Of a stretch of DNA of 64,000 nucleotides, positions 37,204-45,737 are shown piece after piece. The notes beneath the pieces are model-generated. The model was not told the DNA's origin. It ran no database searches and saw nothing but the letters and a program-made list of their open reading frames with translations. Location of the stretch: contig JAJNBL010000003.1 in NCBI GenBank assembly GCA_021156175.1, positions 115,897-179,896 on the forward strand. Reading direction: 5' to 3'. The position numbers were made by a program, and so were the translations under genes. Numbering within the stretch: the stretch's first letter is position 1; the number at the start of each line of letters is the position of its first letter. Origin of the DNA: Rickettsiales bacterium. Its GTDB lineage: Bacteria; Pseudomonadota; Alphaproteobacteria; Rickettsiales; JAJNBL01.

Positions 37204-38409
37204 TCATCCTCTTCCGGTTGCCCGTGCTTTTCCCTGGCTTCCCTGGTGTTGTTCCATCAATTCAACGAACTGCTGGAATAAGTAGATACTGTCATGCGGG
37301 CCGGGTGAAGCTTCCGGATGCCCCTGCACTGAAAATGCAGGGAATGTTTTTGATTGTATGCCTTGAATTGTTTTATCAAACAAGGAGATATGGGTGACTT
37401 CTACGTCTTTAGGTAAAGTCTCTTGGCTAACCACAAATCCATGATTTTGGCTTGTGATGATCACCTTATTATCCCGTAAATCCTGTACCGGATGGTTTGC
37501 ACCGCGATGCCCTTGGAACATTTTCTCTGTGGTGCATCCAAGTGCTAGCGCAAGCAGTTGATGTCCAAGGCAAATTCCAAAAAGTGGAAGGCCCGTTTTT
37601 AGCAGTTCTTTAATGATAGAAAGCGCATATAGGCCAGTTTCTGCAGGATCGCCTGGACCATTTGAGAGGAAAATTCCGTCTGGATTATAGGAAAGGATTT
37701 TTTCCGCTGACGTGTCTGCGGGCACCACTGTAACATCACATCCTACATCGGAAAGGCTTCGTAAGATATTGAATTTCGTGCCGTAATCTACGGCCACGAC
37801 TTTAAATTTAGGAGTCGTTTGGTTTGGATATCCTTTGCCGAAAACCCATGCGGATTGATTCCAGCTGTAAGGTTTTTCGACCGTGACGACTTTCGCCAGC
37901 TCCGTCCCTTTAAGTGAGGGAATGGCTTTCGCTTTTTGTAGTAATTTCTGAACGTCGAGTTCCTGTGCGTTTTTTACATGCGCGACAATAACGTTTTGTG
38001 CGCCCTGGAGGCGAATTTTCTTGGTGATGGCGCGCGTATCAACACCACAAATCCCTACAAAACCATGAGATTTTAGCCAATCATTGAGATGGCCCTGGTT
38101 GCGGTAATTCGAGGGGGCGGTGATATCTTCGCGAATCACCAGGCCACGCGCAGCGGGTTCACGCGCTTCAACATCTTCTTCGTTGGTGCCGACATTCCCA
38201 ATATGAGGGAAAGTGAAAGTGATGATTTGGCCGGCATAGGAAGGATCAGTCAGGATTTCTTGGTAACCGGTGAGCGAGGTATTGAAGCAAATTTCGCCTT
38301 CTGCGTCCCCTAAAATTCCAATTCCTTTACCAAAAAATACGGTGCCATCCGAAAACACTAATGCTCCGGTGTGGGAGGAATGGGGAATCTGGTTGCTCTG
38401 TGTGCTCAT
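37204..38409 (-). CDS. carA: carbamoyl-phosphate synthase small (glutaminase) subunit
   Basis: Class I GATase triad region PLFGICLGHQLL and QGHPE. The N-terminal CPSase small-chain domain reads GALVFSDGTVFFGKGIG. Confidence 0.95.
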   Translation of the reverse strand: MSTQSNQIPHSSHTGALVFSDGTVFFGKGIGILGDAEGEICFNTSLTGYQEILTDPSYAGQIITFTFPHIGNVGTNEEDVEAREPAARGLVIREDITAPSNYRNQGHLNDWLKSHGFVGICGVDTRAITKKIRLQGAQNVIVAHVKNAQELDVQKLLQKAKAIPSLKGTELAKVVTVEKPYSWNQSAWVFGKGYPNQTTPKFKVVAVDYGTKFNILRSLSDVGCDVTVVPADTSAEKILSYNPDGIFLSNGPGDPAETGLYALSIIKELLKTGLPLFGICLGHQLLALALGCTTEKMFQGHRGANHPVQDLRDNKVIITSQNHGFVVSQETLPKDVEVTHISLFDKTIQGIQSKTFPAFSVQGHPEASPGPHDSIYLFQQFVELMEQHQGSQGKARATGRG

Positions 38410-38578
38410 ATCCTGCCAGTATTTTTGCCCGAGAAAACCCGCCCCTTGAACTTACGCCAGGGGAAGGAGGAATCGGGATTTATAGCTAAATTGGGTCGGA
38501 TTTTATGGTGATTCCCCTACCCTGTCAAGCAGGAAAAACCCTTTTTTATAAAGAAAATTAAGGATAGGGCAGGATCGG

Positions 38579-39691
38579 CTAATTATCGCCGCGAGATTCA
38601 GCATTTATATTGTAGCTAGACTCGGAAGCCAACAATTCCACGGGTTTAAATTGCGGCATGGGAATTAAGTTTTTAGCAAAAACAGAGCCGTCTTTTCCCG
38701 TAATTCGAGGTTTAAGTGATGGAATTATAAACCTTTCCCGCCCCGCGTCATTTTGAAGCTTTTTTTTGGTGCGTGAGGCTGGTGCTGGTTTGGGCACGTT
38801 ATTCGTAAAACGCTTTCCGCTGCGATCCAAATCGGCCACTTTCCGGAAGGAACGGTTCAGCAACTCTTTCATTTGTGAATCACGGCTTTGAGAACTTCTT
38901 CCGCCCAAGACTACCCCAACTAAACGGTAACCATAGCGCTCTGCGGAGGTAACGAGATTATAGCCAGAAGCATTAACATAACCGGTTTTTAAGCCATCTG
39001 CGCCTTGGTAAGAGCTGAGCAGTCGGTTATGTCCACGTACAGTAGAGCCTTTGAATTTAAACTCTGTACGAGAAAAGAGGTGGTAATATTTACGGTGATC
39101 ACGGTAAAGCGCAGTCGCCAGGCGAGCAAGATCATAGGCTGTGGTTACTTGGCGTGCATCATGGAGCCCTGAAGCATTGATAAATTGGGTGTGATTCATA
39201 CCAAGTTGTCGGGATTTTTCTGTCATCATACGGGCAAACTGCCATTCACTTCCCGCGATTCCTTCTGCTAACACGACAGCGGCATCATTCGCAGATTTAA
39301 TGATAACAGCCATGAGGGCATCACGGACGCTGATGCGTTCGTTCTTCTTTAAGCTTAGGTTTGTGCGTGGTTGACTGGCTGCAAATGCCGACACCAAAAG
39401 GCGTTGGTCAAGCGAAATCTTCCCTTTATCTAATGCTTCAAAGGTCAGGTAAACGGTCATCATTTTGGTTAAAGAGGCCGGATAACGTTGCATTCCTGCG
39501 TTTTCTTGATAAAGGATTGTGCCGCTGCTGGCATCGATCACAAGCCCTGCATATTTTTTATTTGGAGCCGGAGGTGCTGACTTTCTTTTAGAAGCCGCGA
39601 CGGCTGAAGACGCAAGAAAAAGCGTGGCAACAAGGGTAAGCGCGAAGGCTAGGAGGAAAAAGCGAGAATGTTGCGTTGTATGATGCCGCAT
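38579..39691 (-). CDS. D-alanyl-D-alanine carboxypeptidase (PBP5/6-type, peptidase S11)
   Basis: Signal peptide. SxxK (ASLTKMMT), SxN (SANDAA) and KTG (LKTGY) motifs occur in the correct order and spacing. Confidence 0.88.
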   Translation of the reverse strand: MRHHTTQHSRFFLLAFALTLVATLFLASSAVAASKRKSAPPAPNKKYAGLVIDASSGTILYQENAGMQRYPASLTKMMTVYLTFEALDKGKISLDQRLLVSAFAASQPRTNLSLKKNERISVRDALMAVIIKSANDAAVVLAEGIAGSEWQFARMMTEKSRQLGMNHTQFINASGLHDARQVTTAYDLARLATALYRDHRKYYHLFSRTEFKFKGSTVRGHNRLLSSYQGADGLKTGYVNASGYNLVTSAERYGYRLVGVVLGGRSSQSRDSQMKELLNRSFRKVADLDRSGKRFTNNVPKPAPASRTKKKLQNDAGRERFIIPSLKPRITGKDGSVFAKNLIPMPQFKPVELLASESSYNINAESRGDN

Positions 39692-39960
39692 GGTGCCTAA
39701 ATTCTGCTATTCTTATATAACCCTTACACCCTGTGCATTACAATACTGTTACAGTATGCACCTGCATGTGGTGGGCTTTGTAAGTTAATGCCTAGATACC
39801 CATATTGCAAGAGAGTTTTTCCCTCTGTCCCTGCTTCTCGTTGACTTTTTTCTCAAGAAGCTGATTCTTAAAGAGATTCCTTTCCATTGGGAGAAAGAAT
39901 GTATTTTTTCTATTGAGACCCCTTATTTTATAAGGATAAAGCCCTTCCCTTAAATAAACT

Positions 39961-40011
39961 TTAAGCTGCCGGAAGTCGTGCCTGTAAGGCTGTTCCCAAT
40001 GTGCCTTCGTC
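39961..40011 (-). repeat. duplicated fragment of the recR 3' end (last 16 codons plus stop)
   Basis: By hand alignment, 39961-40011 matches 41294-41344 at 43 of 51 positions. It encodes DEGTLGTALQARLPAA*, versus the RecR C-terminus DEGTLGTAFQARLPAA*. Confidence 0.8.
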
Positions 40012-40139
40012 GGCCAAAAGTGATAGTTTAGGGTAATGAAGATGAGTTAATTGATGTTTGTTGTTATGTTTACTTTTACGCTTTCTTATATTATAGTTTT
40101 TCCAGTTTTTTCTATATATTACAGGTAAGAAGGTAAAGC

Positions 40140-41297
40140 ATGAGCAAGCATACAGGATATTTTCAAGAATTATTGACTGTAAGGGGAAAAGAATTATTAG
40201 CCGCAATAAAAACACAATTATTAGCTGCAATAGAATCCGATAATCTTGGAAAAGTGAGTGAGATCCTGGGCAGTTCAAAGCTTACTATGGCCGAGAGAAT
40301 GGAGTTGCTCGTTGAAGATAAGCATTCAGTCTTGCGAACTGCCATATCGAGTAAGAAGCTTATGATCGGGCGGTACCTTCTATCATTTTATGATAATACT
40401 CATCTTAAGAGTGGAATAAGTCGTATTGCAGAAACATTGTACTCCACTTTGCAAGACGCTGTATCGACAGGGGATATTCTTACGGTGCAAGATCTAATCG
40501 ATAATTTTTACAGTAAGAAGGAATTAAAGCTTTCCCTCACAGGGGTTTTGGAAGCATATGACCACTCCGTTCTGCAAAAAGCTATCTCGACAGGCAATCT
40601 TGCTGTGGTGCAATATCTGCTAGGTTTCTACAGTAAGAAGGAATTGGGGCTTTCTGTTACAGAAGCTTTGAAGGCAGATCAGCACTCCGCCTTGCGAGGA
40701 GCTATTGCGACAGGCGACCTTCGTATGGTGCAATATCTGCTGGATAATTTCTACAGTAAGCCAGAACTTGGGCTTTCTATCTCAGAGGCTTTGAAGATAA
40801 AGGACCATGAGGTTTTGAAGGCAGAAGGGCATGAAATCCTGGAAAATCTTATCTACAAAGGTCTTCTTCCTTTGGTGCAGCATGTGGTGGCTAATTTCTA
40901 CAATAAGCCGGAATTTGGACTTTCCCTCTCAGAGGCTTTGAAAGCACGTGACCATTATGCCCTGCGCGGAGTTATCTCGACAGGTAATTTTTCTATGGTG
41001 CACTATCTGGTGGATAATTTCTATAATAAGTCGGAAATGGGGCTCTCTATCGCAGAGGCTTTGAAAGCAGATAAGCATGAAGCTCTACGAGATGTTATTC
41101 GCAGAGGCGACCTTCGTATGCAGGAATATCTGGTGGATAATTTTTACAGTAAGCCGGAATTTGATCTTTCTATTCCAGAGGATTTGAAAGAAAAGCTTAC
41201 AAGCCTTGTTAAACAGAATGTGCGAACATGGGGAGAGACAGTAAAGGAAAAACGGCAAGTAGGAAATCTCTCACTTCAGGCAGGTCCGGTAATCTAA
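40140..41297 (+). CDS. tandem-repeat protein: about seven copies of a 40-41-residue ANK-like helical repeat
   Basis: The repeat unit is H.ALRGAI.TGDLRMVQYLLDNFYSKPELGLSISEALKAxD (aa 61-350). GAAGG RBS. Its stop overlaps the convergent recR stop. Confidence 0.8.
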   Translation: MSKHTGYFQELLTVRGKELLAAIKTQLLAAIESDNLGKVSEILGSSKLTMAERMELLVEDKHSVLRTAISSKKLMIGRYLLSFYDNTHLKSGISRIAETLYSTLQDAVSTGDILTVQDLIDNFYSKKELKLSLTGVLEAYDHSVLQKAISTGNLAVVQYLLGFYSKKELGLSVTEALKADQHSALRGAIATGDLRMVQYLLDNFYSKPELGLSISEALKIKDHEVLKAEGHEILENLIYKGLLPLVQHVVANFYNKPEFGLSLSEALKARDHYALRGVISTGNFSMVHYLVDNFYNKSEMGLSIAEALKADKHEALRDVIRRGDLRMQEYLVDNFYSKPEFDLSIPEDLKEKLTSLVKQNVRTWGETVKEKRQVGNLSLQAGPVI

Positions 41298-41899
41298 GCG
41301 GCCGGAAGCCGTGCCTGGAAGGCTGTTCCCAGTGTTCCCTCATCAAGATAATCCAACTCTCCCCCCATCGGAATGCCGTGGGCAAGCCGGGAGATGCGGA
41401 CGGATACGGATTTCAAACACTCCGATATATAATGTGCGGTGGTTTGACCTTCGACAGTGGCATTAGTAGCAAGGATTACTTCCGTAACTTCGCCAGCGCT
41501 GGTGCGCTCGGTAAGCAAATGGATGCGTAATTGGCCTGGGCCCCTGCCCTCAATCGCAGACAAGGTGCCGCCCAAGACGTGATAAAGTCCTTTATACATT
41601 CCGCTGCGCTCAATCGCCCAAAGATCCGCCACTTCTTCGACCACGCAGATTATGCTCTTATCGCGTTTGTGGCTGGTGCAGATATTGCAAGGAGTGGAGG
41701 TATCAAGATTGCCACAGGTCTCACAGGTTTTGATGGTTTCTGCGACCGTACGTAAGCTCTCAGAAAGCGGAAGCATCAAGGCTTCCCGGTTTTTAAGCAA
41801 GTGCAATACGGAGCGTCTCGCCGAGCGTTGGCCAAAGCCAGGAAGCCGGCTTACCAGTTTAATCAGTTGTTCGAGTGAGGTGTTGAGTGGCTCATGCAT
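41294..41899 (-). CDS. recR: recombination protein RecR
   Basis: HhH N-terminus (LPGFGQRSARR), C4 zinc finger (CETCGNLDTSTPCNIC) and Toprim block (ICVVEEVADLWAIE). Confidence 0.95.
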   Translation of the reverse strand: MHEPLNTSLEQLIKLVSRLPGFGQRSARRSVLHLLKNREALMLPLSESLRTVAETIKTCETCGNLDTSTPCNICTSHKRDKSIICVVEEVADLWAIERSGMYKGLYHVLGGTLSAIEGRGPGQLRIHLLTERTSAGEVTEVILATNATVEGQTTAHYISECLKSVSVRISRLAHGIPMGGELDYLDEGTLGTAFQARLPAA

Positions 41900-41910
41900 G
41901 GGGATAGGCC

Positions 41911-42231
41911 TTAGAACGGCATCTTGAATCCAGGTGGCAGCCCCATCCCACCGGTGACGCCCGACATCGCATCGTTCGCAGCATCGTCAGCTTTTTTCTT
42001 CCCATCATTAAAGGCGGCAATGACCAAATCGCTCAGCAGTTCGGTATCGTTTGGATCAACAACGCTTTTATCGAAAGTCAGTTTGGTCAATTCACCTTTT
42101 CCATTGACGGTAGCGGTGACTAACCCGCCGCCTGCTTTGCCCTCAAAACTCTGGCTGCCGAGTTCTTCTTGCATTTGGGTGATTTTTTTCTGCATGGCTT
42201 GCGCCTGCTTCATGATTTGTTGGATATTCAT
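41911..42231 (-). CDS. ybaB: YbaB/EbfC-family nucleoid-associated protein
   Basis: MNIQQIMKQAQAMQKKITQMQEEL...ATVNGKGELTKLTFD matches the family. It occupies the conserved dnaX-ybaB-recR position. Confidence 0.92.
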   Translation of the reverse strand: MNIQQIMKQAQAMQKKITQMQEELGSQSFEGKAGGGLVTATVNGKGELTKLTFDKSVVDPNDTELLSDLVIAAFNDGKKKADDAANDAMSGVTGGMGLPPGFKMPF

Positions 42232-42261
42232 GTTGGCTCCTAAGTTTTTGTTTTTTCTGTG

Positions 42262-42366
42262 GCTGGATTGCTTCGCTCCGCTCGCAATGACGACCTCTTA
42301 TGGTATGTCTACCTCTGTTTTTCCGTAGTCGTCATTGCGAGGAGTGAAACGACAAAGCAATCCAGC
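42262..42366. repeat. palindromic MITE/REP-like element, family 1 (permuted arrangement)
   Basis: GCTGGATTGCTTCGCTCCGCTCGCAATGACGAC (42262-42294) and GTCGTCATTGCGAGGAGTGAAACGACAAAGCAATCCAGC (42328-42366) are inverted repeats. Between them lies the shared tail CTCTTATGGTATGTCTACCT. Confidence 0.7.
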
Positions 42367-42368
42367 TT

Positions 42369-44156
42369 TTATTTTTTATATTTTTCAAACGAAATAATTT
42401 TCGCTCCAGGGAATGCTTCTAATAACGGACGGATCGTGGCATGACGCGCGACTTCGTCCTTCTGTTTGCGTTTTAGTTCTTCTTCCTGCTCGGCAAGGGT
42501 TGGCTCGCCCGGTTGCTTTGAAATTACAACGCCCCAACGACGTCCTGTCCATTGATGGAGATATTGGGAAACGCGGCCCGCTAACTCCGGAGAGGCCGAG
42601 GGCGCAGGGCGGAACTCGATTTTCCCATCCGCAAAATGCACCAAATGCACTTCTTCGCGCAGTGTGTGGTAGAGCAGCGGCTCATTATAATGTGCAAAGA
42701 GGGCAACGAGTTGCGAGAATGTCTCAATCGGAATCGGGGTGAGAGCCGTATTTTTTACCGGAGCGGGTTCTTCTAATACCGCGAATTCCCGCGCAGTGTT
42801 GCCGTCTGCGATCGGAGTATAAGAAACCGCTTCAAAGGTCTGTTCTTGCGAAGCTTTGACCAAAGGCGCCGGCGATGCCGTGGCTACCGAAACACTTCCC
42901 CCCTGCCCCGTTGTTCCTTGTTTTTTAAGCGTTTTGATCAGATCGCCTGGTGAAGGTAAGTCACTCACATAGGCAAGCCGGACAATCACCATTTCCGCTG
43001 CCATTAGGGCATTTGGGGCTTGTTGGGTTTCTTGCAAGCCTTTGAGGACAATTTGCCAGCTACGCGAAAGGAAGGGTACGGAAAGGGTTTCTGCAAATTT
43101 CTTTCCTTCCTTGCGCTCCATTTCAGTGAGCAGCGCTGATGCGGCCAATTCAGGTGTGACGCGCATACGGGTAATCAGGTTCACAAGCTCCAGCAGATCC
43201 TGCATAATAAGGATAGGATCCCCGCCGGATTGGTACATATTCCGCAGCTGCGCGAGCGCATCCTGGATACGTCCTTCAACGACCGCGCCAAAAAGCGTGA
43301 AAATCGCGCCTTTATCCGCAACGCCCAGCATTTCCCGGACGATATTTGCTGTGATGGTTTTGCCATCGCCTTCCGTATTACTATAAGCAATTGCCTGATC
43401 GAGCAGCGACAACCCATCGCGGACGGAGCCTTCCGCCGCTTGAGTAACCAGCGCCAGCGCTTCATCGTCAATCGCATGGTTTTCTTTTTCGGTAATTTTC
43501 TTTAAATGTGCCGAGAGCACATCGCCAACAATCCGTGGTAAATCAAAGCGTTGGCAACGGGAAAGGATTGTCACGGGAATTTTGCGGATCTCAGTGGTCG
43601 CGAAAATGAATTTCACGTGGGCTGGCGGTTCTTCCAAGGTCTTTAAAAGCGCATTAAATGCGCTGTTGGAGAGCATGTGGACTTCATCGATGATATAGAT
43701 TTTATAGCGCGCGGAAGTTGGAAGATAACGCGTGTTTTCAATGATTTCGCGGATGTCGTTGATCCCGGTTCGGCTCGCCGCGTCCATTTCCAGGACGTCC
43801 TGATGGCGATCTTCCCGAATGCTGGTGCAATGGGTACATACACCGCAAGGTTCTGTTGTTGGGCCACTTTTTCCATCCGCTCCTATGCAGTTGAGCGCGC
43901 GGGCGATGATCCGGGCGGTCGTCGTTTTCCCTACCCCACGGATACCGGTGAGCAGGAATGCATGGGCAATACGTTGTTTCTGGATGGCGTTCGATAATGT
44001 GCGGACAAGGGCATCCTGACCAATCAAATCGCTAAAGGATACGGGACGGTATTTTCTTGCAAGCACCTGATAAACAGATGATTTTGCTTCCGCTTCTGGC
44101 GAGGAGGGGAATAGGCTTTCTTCGGCATCAGAAGGTGATGTTAAGATACTGTCCAT
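42369..44156 (-). CDS. dnaX: DNA polymerase III subunits gamma/tau
   Basis: YRP..F.DLIGQ, Walker A GIRGVGKTTTARI, a Zn module (C..C..C), and IYIIDEVHMLS. I prefer the start at ATG 44156 (MDSILTS...), because the track N-terminus MDSHFRGNDDDGIFLN is encoded by a repeat element. Confidence 0.93.
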   Translation of the reverse strand: MDSILTSPSDAEESLFPSSPEAEAKSSVYQVLARKYRPVSFSDLIGQDALVRTLSNAIQKQRIAHAFLLTGIRGVGKTTTARIIARALNCIGADGKSGPTTEPCGVCTHCTSIREDRHQDVLEMDAASRTGINDIREIIENTRYLPTSARYKIYIIDEVHMLSNSAFNALLKTLEEPPAHVKFIFATTEIRKIPVTILSRCQRFDLPRIVGDVLSAHLKKITEKENHAIDDEALALVTQAAEGSVRDGLSLLDQAIAYSNTEGDGKTITANIVREMLGVADKGAIFTLFGAVVEGRIQDALAQLRNMYQSGGDPILIMQDLLELVNLITRMRVTPELAASALLTEMERKEGKKFAETLSVPFLSRSWQIVLKGLQETQQAPNALMAAEMVIVRLAYVSDLPSPGDLIKTLKKQGTTGQGGSVSVATASPAPLVKASQEQTFEAVSYTPIADGNTAREFAVLEEPAPVKNTALTPIPIETFSQLVALFAHYNEPLLYHTLREEVHLVHFADGKIEFRPAPSASPELAGRVSQYLHQWTGRRWGVVISKQPGEPTLAEQEEELKRKQKDEVARHATIRPLLEAFPGAKIISFEKYKK

Positions 44157-44177
44157 ATTTAAAAATATTCCGTCATC

Positions 44178-44272
44178 GTCATTCCCACGAAAGTGGGAAT
44201 CCATTGTTTAGTAAATGATTATTACTATCGATAATTTGTTAGGCAGTGGATCCCCGTCTTCACGGGGATGAC
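44178..44272. repeat. palindromic MITE/REP-like element, family 2 (GTCATTCCC...GGGAATCCA arms)
   Basis: The left arm is GTCATTCCCACGAAAGTGGGAATCCA (44178-44203). The right arm is TGGATCCCCGTCTTCACGGGGATGAC (44247-44272). Each arm is itself a hairpin. A second copy lies at 55804-55874. Confidence 0.75.
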
Positions 44273-44288
44273 AAGCGAACACGCTTGC

Positions 44289-44385
44289 GGAAGGCCGGAC
44301 AGCAACCCGCCACTCTCCTGCTTACGGCTGCTTCCTTTCGGACCTGACCGGATTTAGCAGGCGTGTCGCCTACCGCCAACCTTCC
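44289..44385 (-). ncRNA. ffs: signal recognition particle RNA (4.5S-type)
   Basis: The minus strand contains GGTCAGGTCCGAAAGGAAGCAGCC, the conserved SRP domain IV motif with a GNRA loop. The flanking GGAAGGTTGGCGG... / ...CCGGCCTTCC closes the long helix. Its position upstream of dnaX is conserved. The ends are approximate. Confidence 0.8.
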
Positions 44386-44456
44386 AGTCCATAAGTCTAC
44401 GGATATTAATGGCTAGTGCAAGATTTTTTCTAAAGGTTCGCGCGAAGGTGTTAACG

Positions 44457-44485
44457 TTGACTTTTTTATTAATTTATTGTAGTAT
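44457..44485 (+). promoter_or_regulatory. candidate sigma70-type promoter for the 44521 gene
   Basis: TTGACT (44457-44462), a 17-nt spacer, then TAGTAT (44480-44485). Confidence 0.4.
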
Positions 44486-44520
44486 TCGCCCCGATATTAA
44501 CTTAAATCAATGGAAAAACA

Positions 44521-45525
44521 ATGAAAGCTACCGATCGCCCAACTTATACGTCGGAAATACATACCCAATTTGTTGCTTATATCCGCGACTTGCTCGATCA
44601 GGCTTTATCGGCAGGAGTGTCGGATACCGCGCGTGTTTATAATGAAAAAACCTATGATGTGGCTAAAGGACAGCTCCGTGCTAAAGCAAATGGTGGCATT
44701 AAACAGTTTGGTAATAACGAAATCCTTAAAATGATCACAGAAGGTATTGATAACTATATTAAAGGTTATACTATTGAATTGCCAGTTCCTGTTCTTACCA
44801 AACTTTCAGCATTCAAAGATTTGTTTAACGACCCTAAACACACCCTTCCGAAAGAGACAGATGCGGGTTATTTTGATAAATTACAGGAGCTTCGTCAGGC
44901 GGCCGATACGCGAGTTACCGCTATTGCAAATGCCTTCGGTAAAGGGGAAGTAACCCATCTTCCGAAAGCGTTGAGCACTTCTTCTGTTGGAGTTCGTCCT
45001 GTAACGCCGAAGCCAGCACCAGCACCAGTAGCGATAGCTGCGCCAGTGCCTGTGATGTCTTCAAGCCAGTCTTCGCCCTCTCTCATTTCATCGACATCAT
45101 CGTGGGGATCCCATGTAAGCCCATCGGTTTCCTCCTCTTCTTATTCCTCTCCGATTGCTCCGAAAAGAAGAAGCCCAAGCCCTGTTGCTGTACAAGAGGG
45201 AGAAAGTCTTCTTGGCCCGATGGTCCTTGGCATGATGGTCAGCGAGCTTTATCAGCAATTGCAAAAAGCGCTTCCTTATAAAAAAGAAGATGCGCTTGCT
45301 GTATTGGTCAATACGCTGAGCTTAGGAGATTCACTCGAAGACCCTGATCTCAAACCAATTATCTCTCGGATTCCTGCAGCCCAACTGAATTCGATTAAAG
45401 CACAGATAGATTCCATTTTCGAGACGGTTCAAGATCTCGGGAATGAAGGGAAAAAAGAACTTAATCAGTTGGCGGAACGTTATAGTCTGGAGCAACTCCA
45501 GCTTATGAATGGTCGCGGTTTCTAA
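44521..45525 (+). CDS. hypothetical protein; Ser/Pro-rich linker plus one copy of a ~90-aa helical module shared with the next gene
   Basis: 334 aa. The linker is SSSQSSPSLISSTSSWGSHVSPSVSSSSYSSPIAPKRRSPSPVAV. The module is ESLLGPMVLGMMVSELYQQLQKALP...RIPAAQLNSIKAQIDSIFETVQDLGNEGKKELNQLAERY. Confidence 0.7.
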   Translation: MKATDRPTYTSEIHTQFVAYIRDLLDQALSAGVSDTARVYNEKTYDVAKGQLRAKANGGIKQFGNNEILKMITEGIDNYIKGYTIELPVPVLTKLSAFKDLFNDPKHTLPKETDAGYFDKLQELRQAADTRVTAIANAFGKGEVTHLPKALSTSSVGVRPVTPKPAPAPVAIAAPVPVMSSSQSSPSLISSTSSWGSHVSPSVSSSSYSSPIAPKRRSPSPVAVQEGESLLGPMVLGMMVSELYQQLQKALPYKKEDALAVLVNTLSLGDSLEDPDLKPIISRIPAAQLNSIKAQIDSIFETVQDLGNEGKKELNQLAERYSLEQLQLMNGRGF

Positions 45526-45673
45526 TAAAGTATACACTAGGTAGAGGAGATGTTTTTCCTCTACCCTTGCTACCCCTCACTCCAGTTTTTGTTTGTATCA
45601 AGCACGGTTTACGCTCTTCCCCCTATTCCTCATCCCATTTGCGGTTCTAAAGCATTTTTTTTGGCTAATTTTC

Positions 45674-45702
45674 TTGATAATTTATTTAATTTATTATATA
45701 AA
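45674..45702 (+). promoter_or_regulatory. candidate sigma70-type promoter for the 45738 gene
   Basis: TTGATA (45674-45679), a 17-nt spacer, then TATAAA. The background is AT-rich. Confidence 0.35.
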
Positions 45703-45737
45703 TAGATCAAATTACAACTCTAGCGACTAGAAAAATT

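Noticed and set aside
33916-38409. Many 60-180-aa ORFs on the plus strand within carB/carA
   Set aside because: All are shadow ORFs opposite two long, highly conserved genes.
39961-40278. 105-aa minus-strand ORF
   Set aside because: Only its last 16 codons resemble anything (the RecR C-terminus). The rest is AT-rich promoter-region sequence overlapping the start of the 40140 gene. I interpret it as a recR fragment, not a gene.
44157-44204. N-terminal 16 codons of the track dnaX ORF (MDSHFRGNDDDGIFLN)
   Set aside because: They are encoded by the family 2 palindromic element. An in-frame ATG at 44156 precedes the conserved DnaX sequence.
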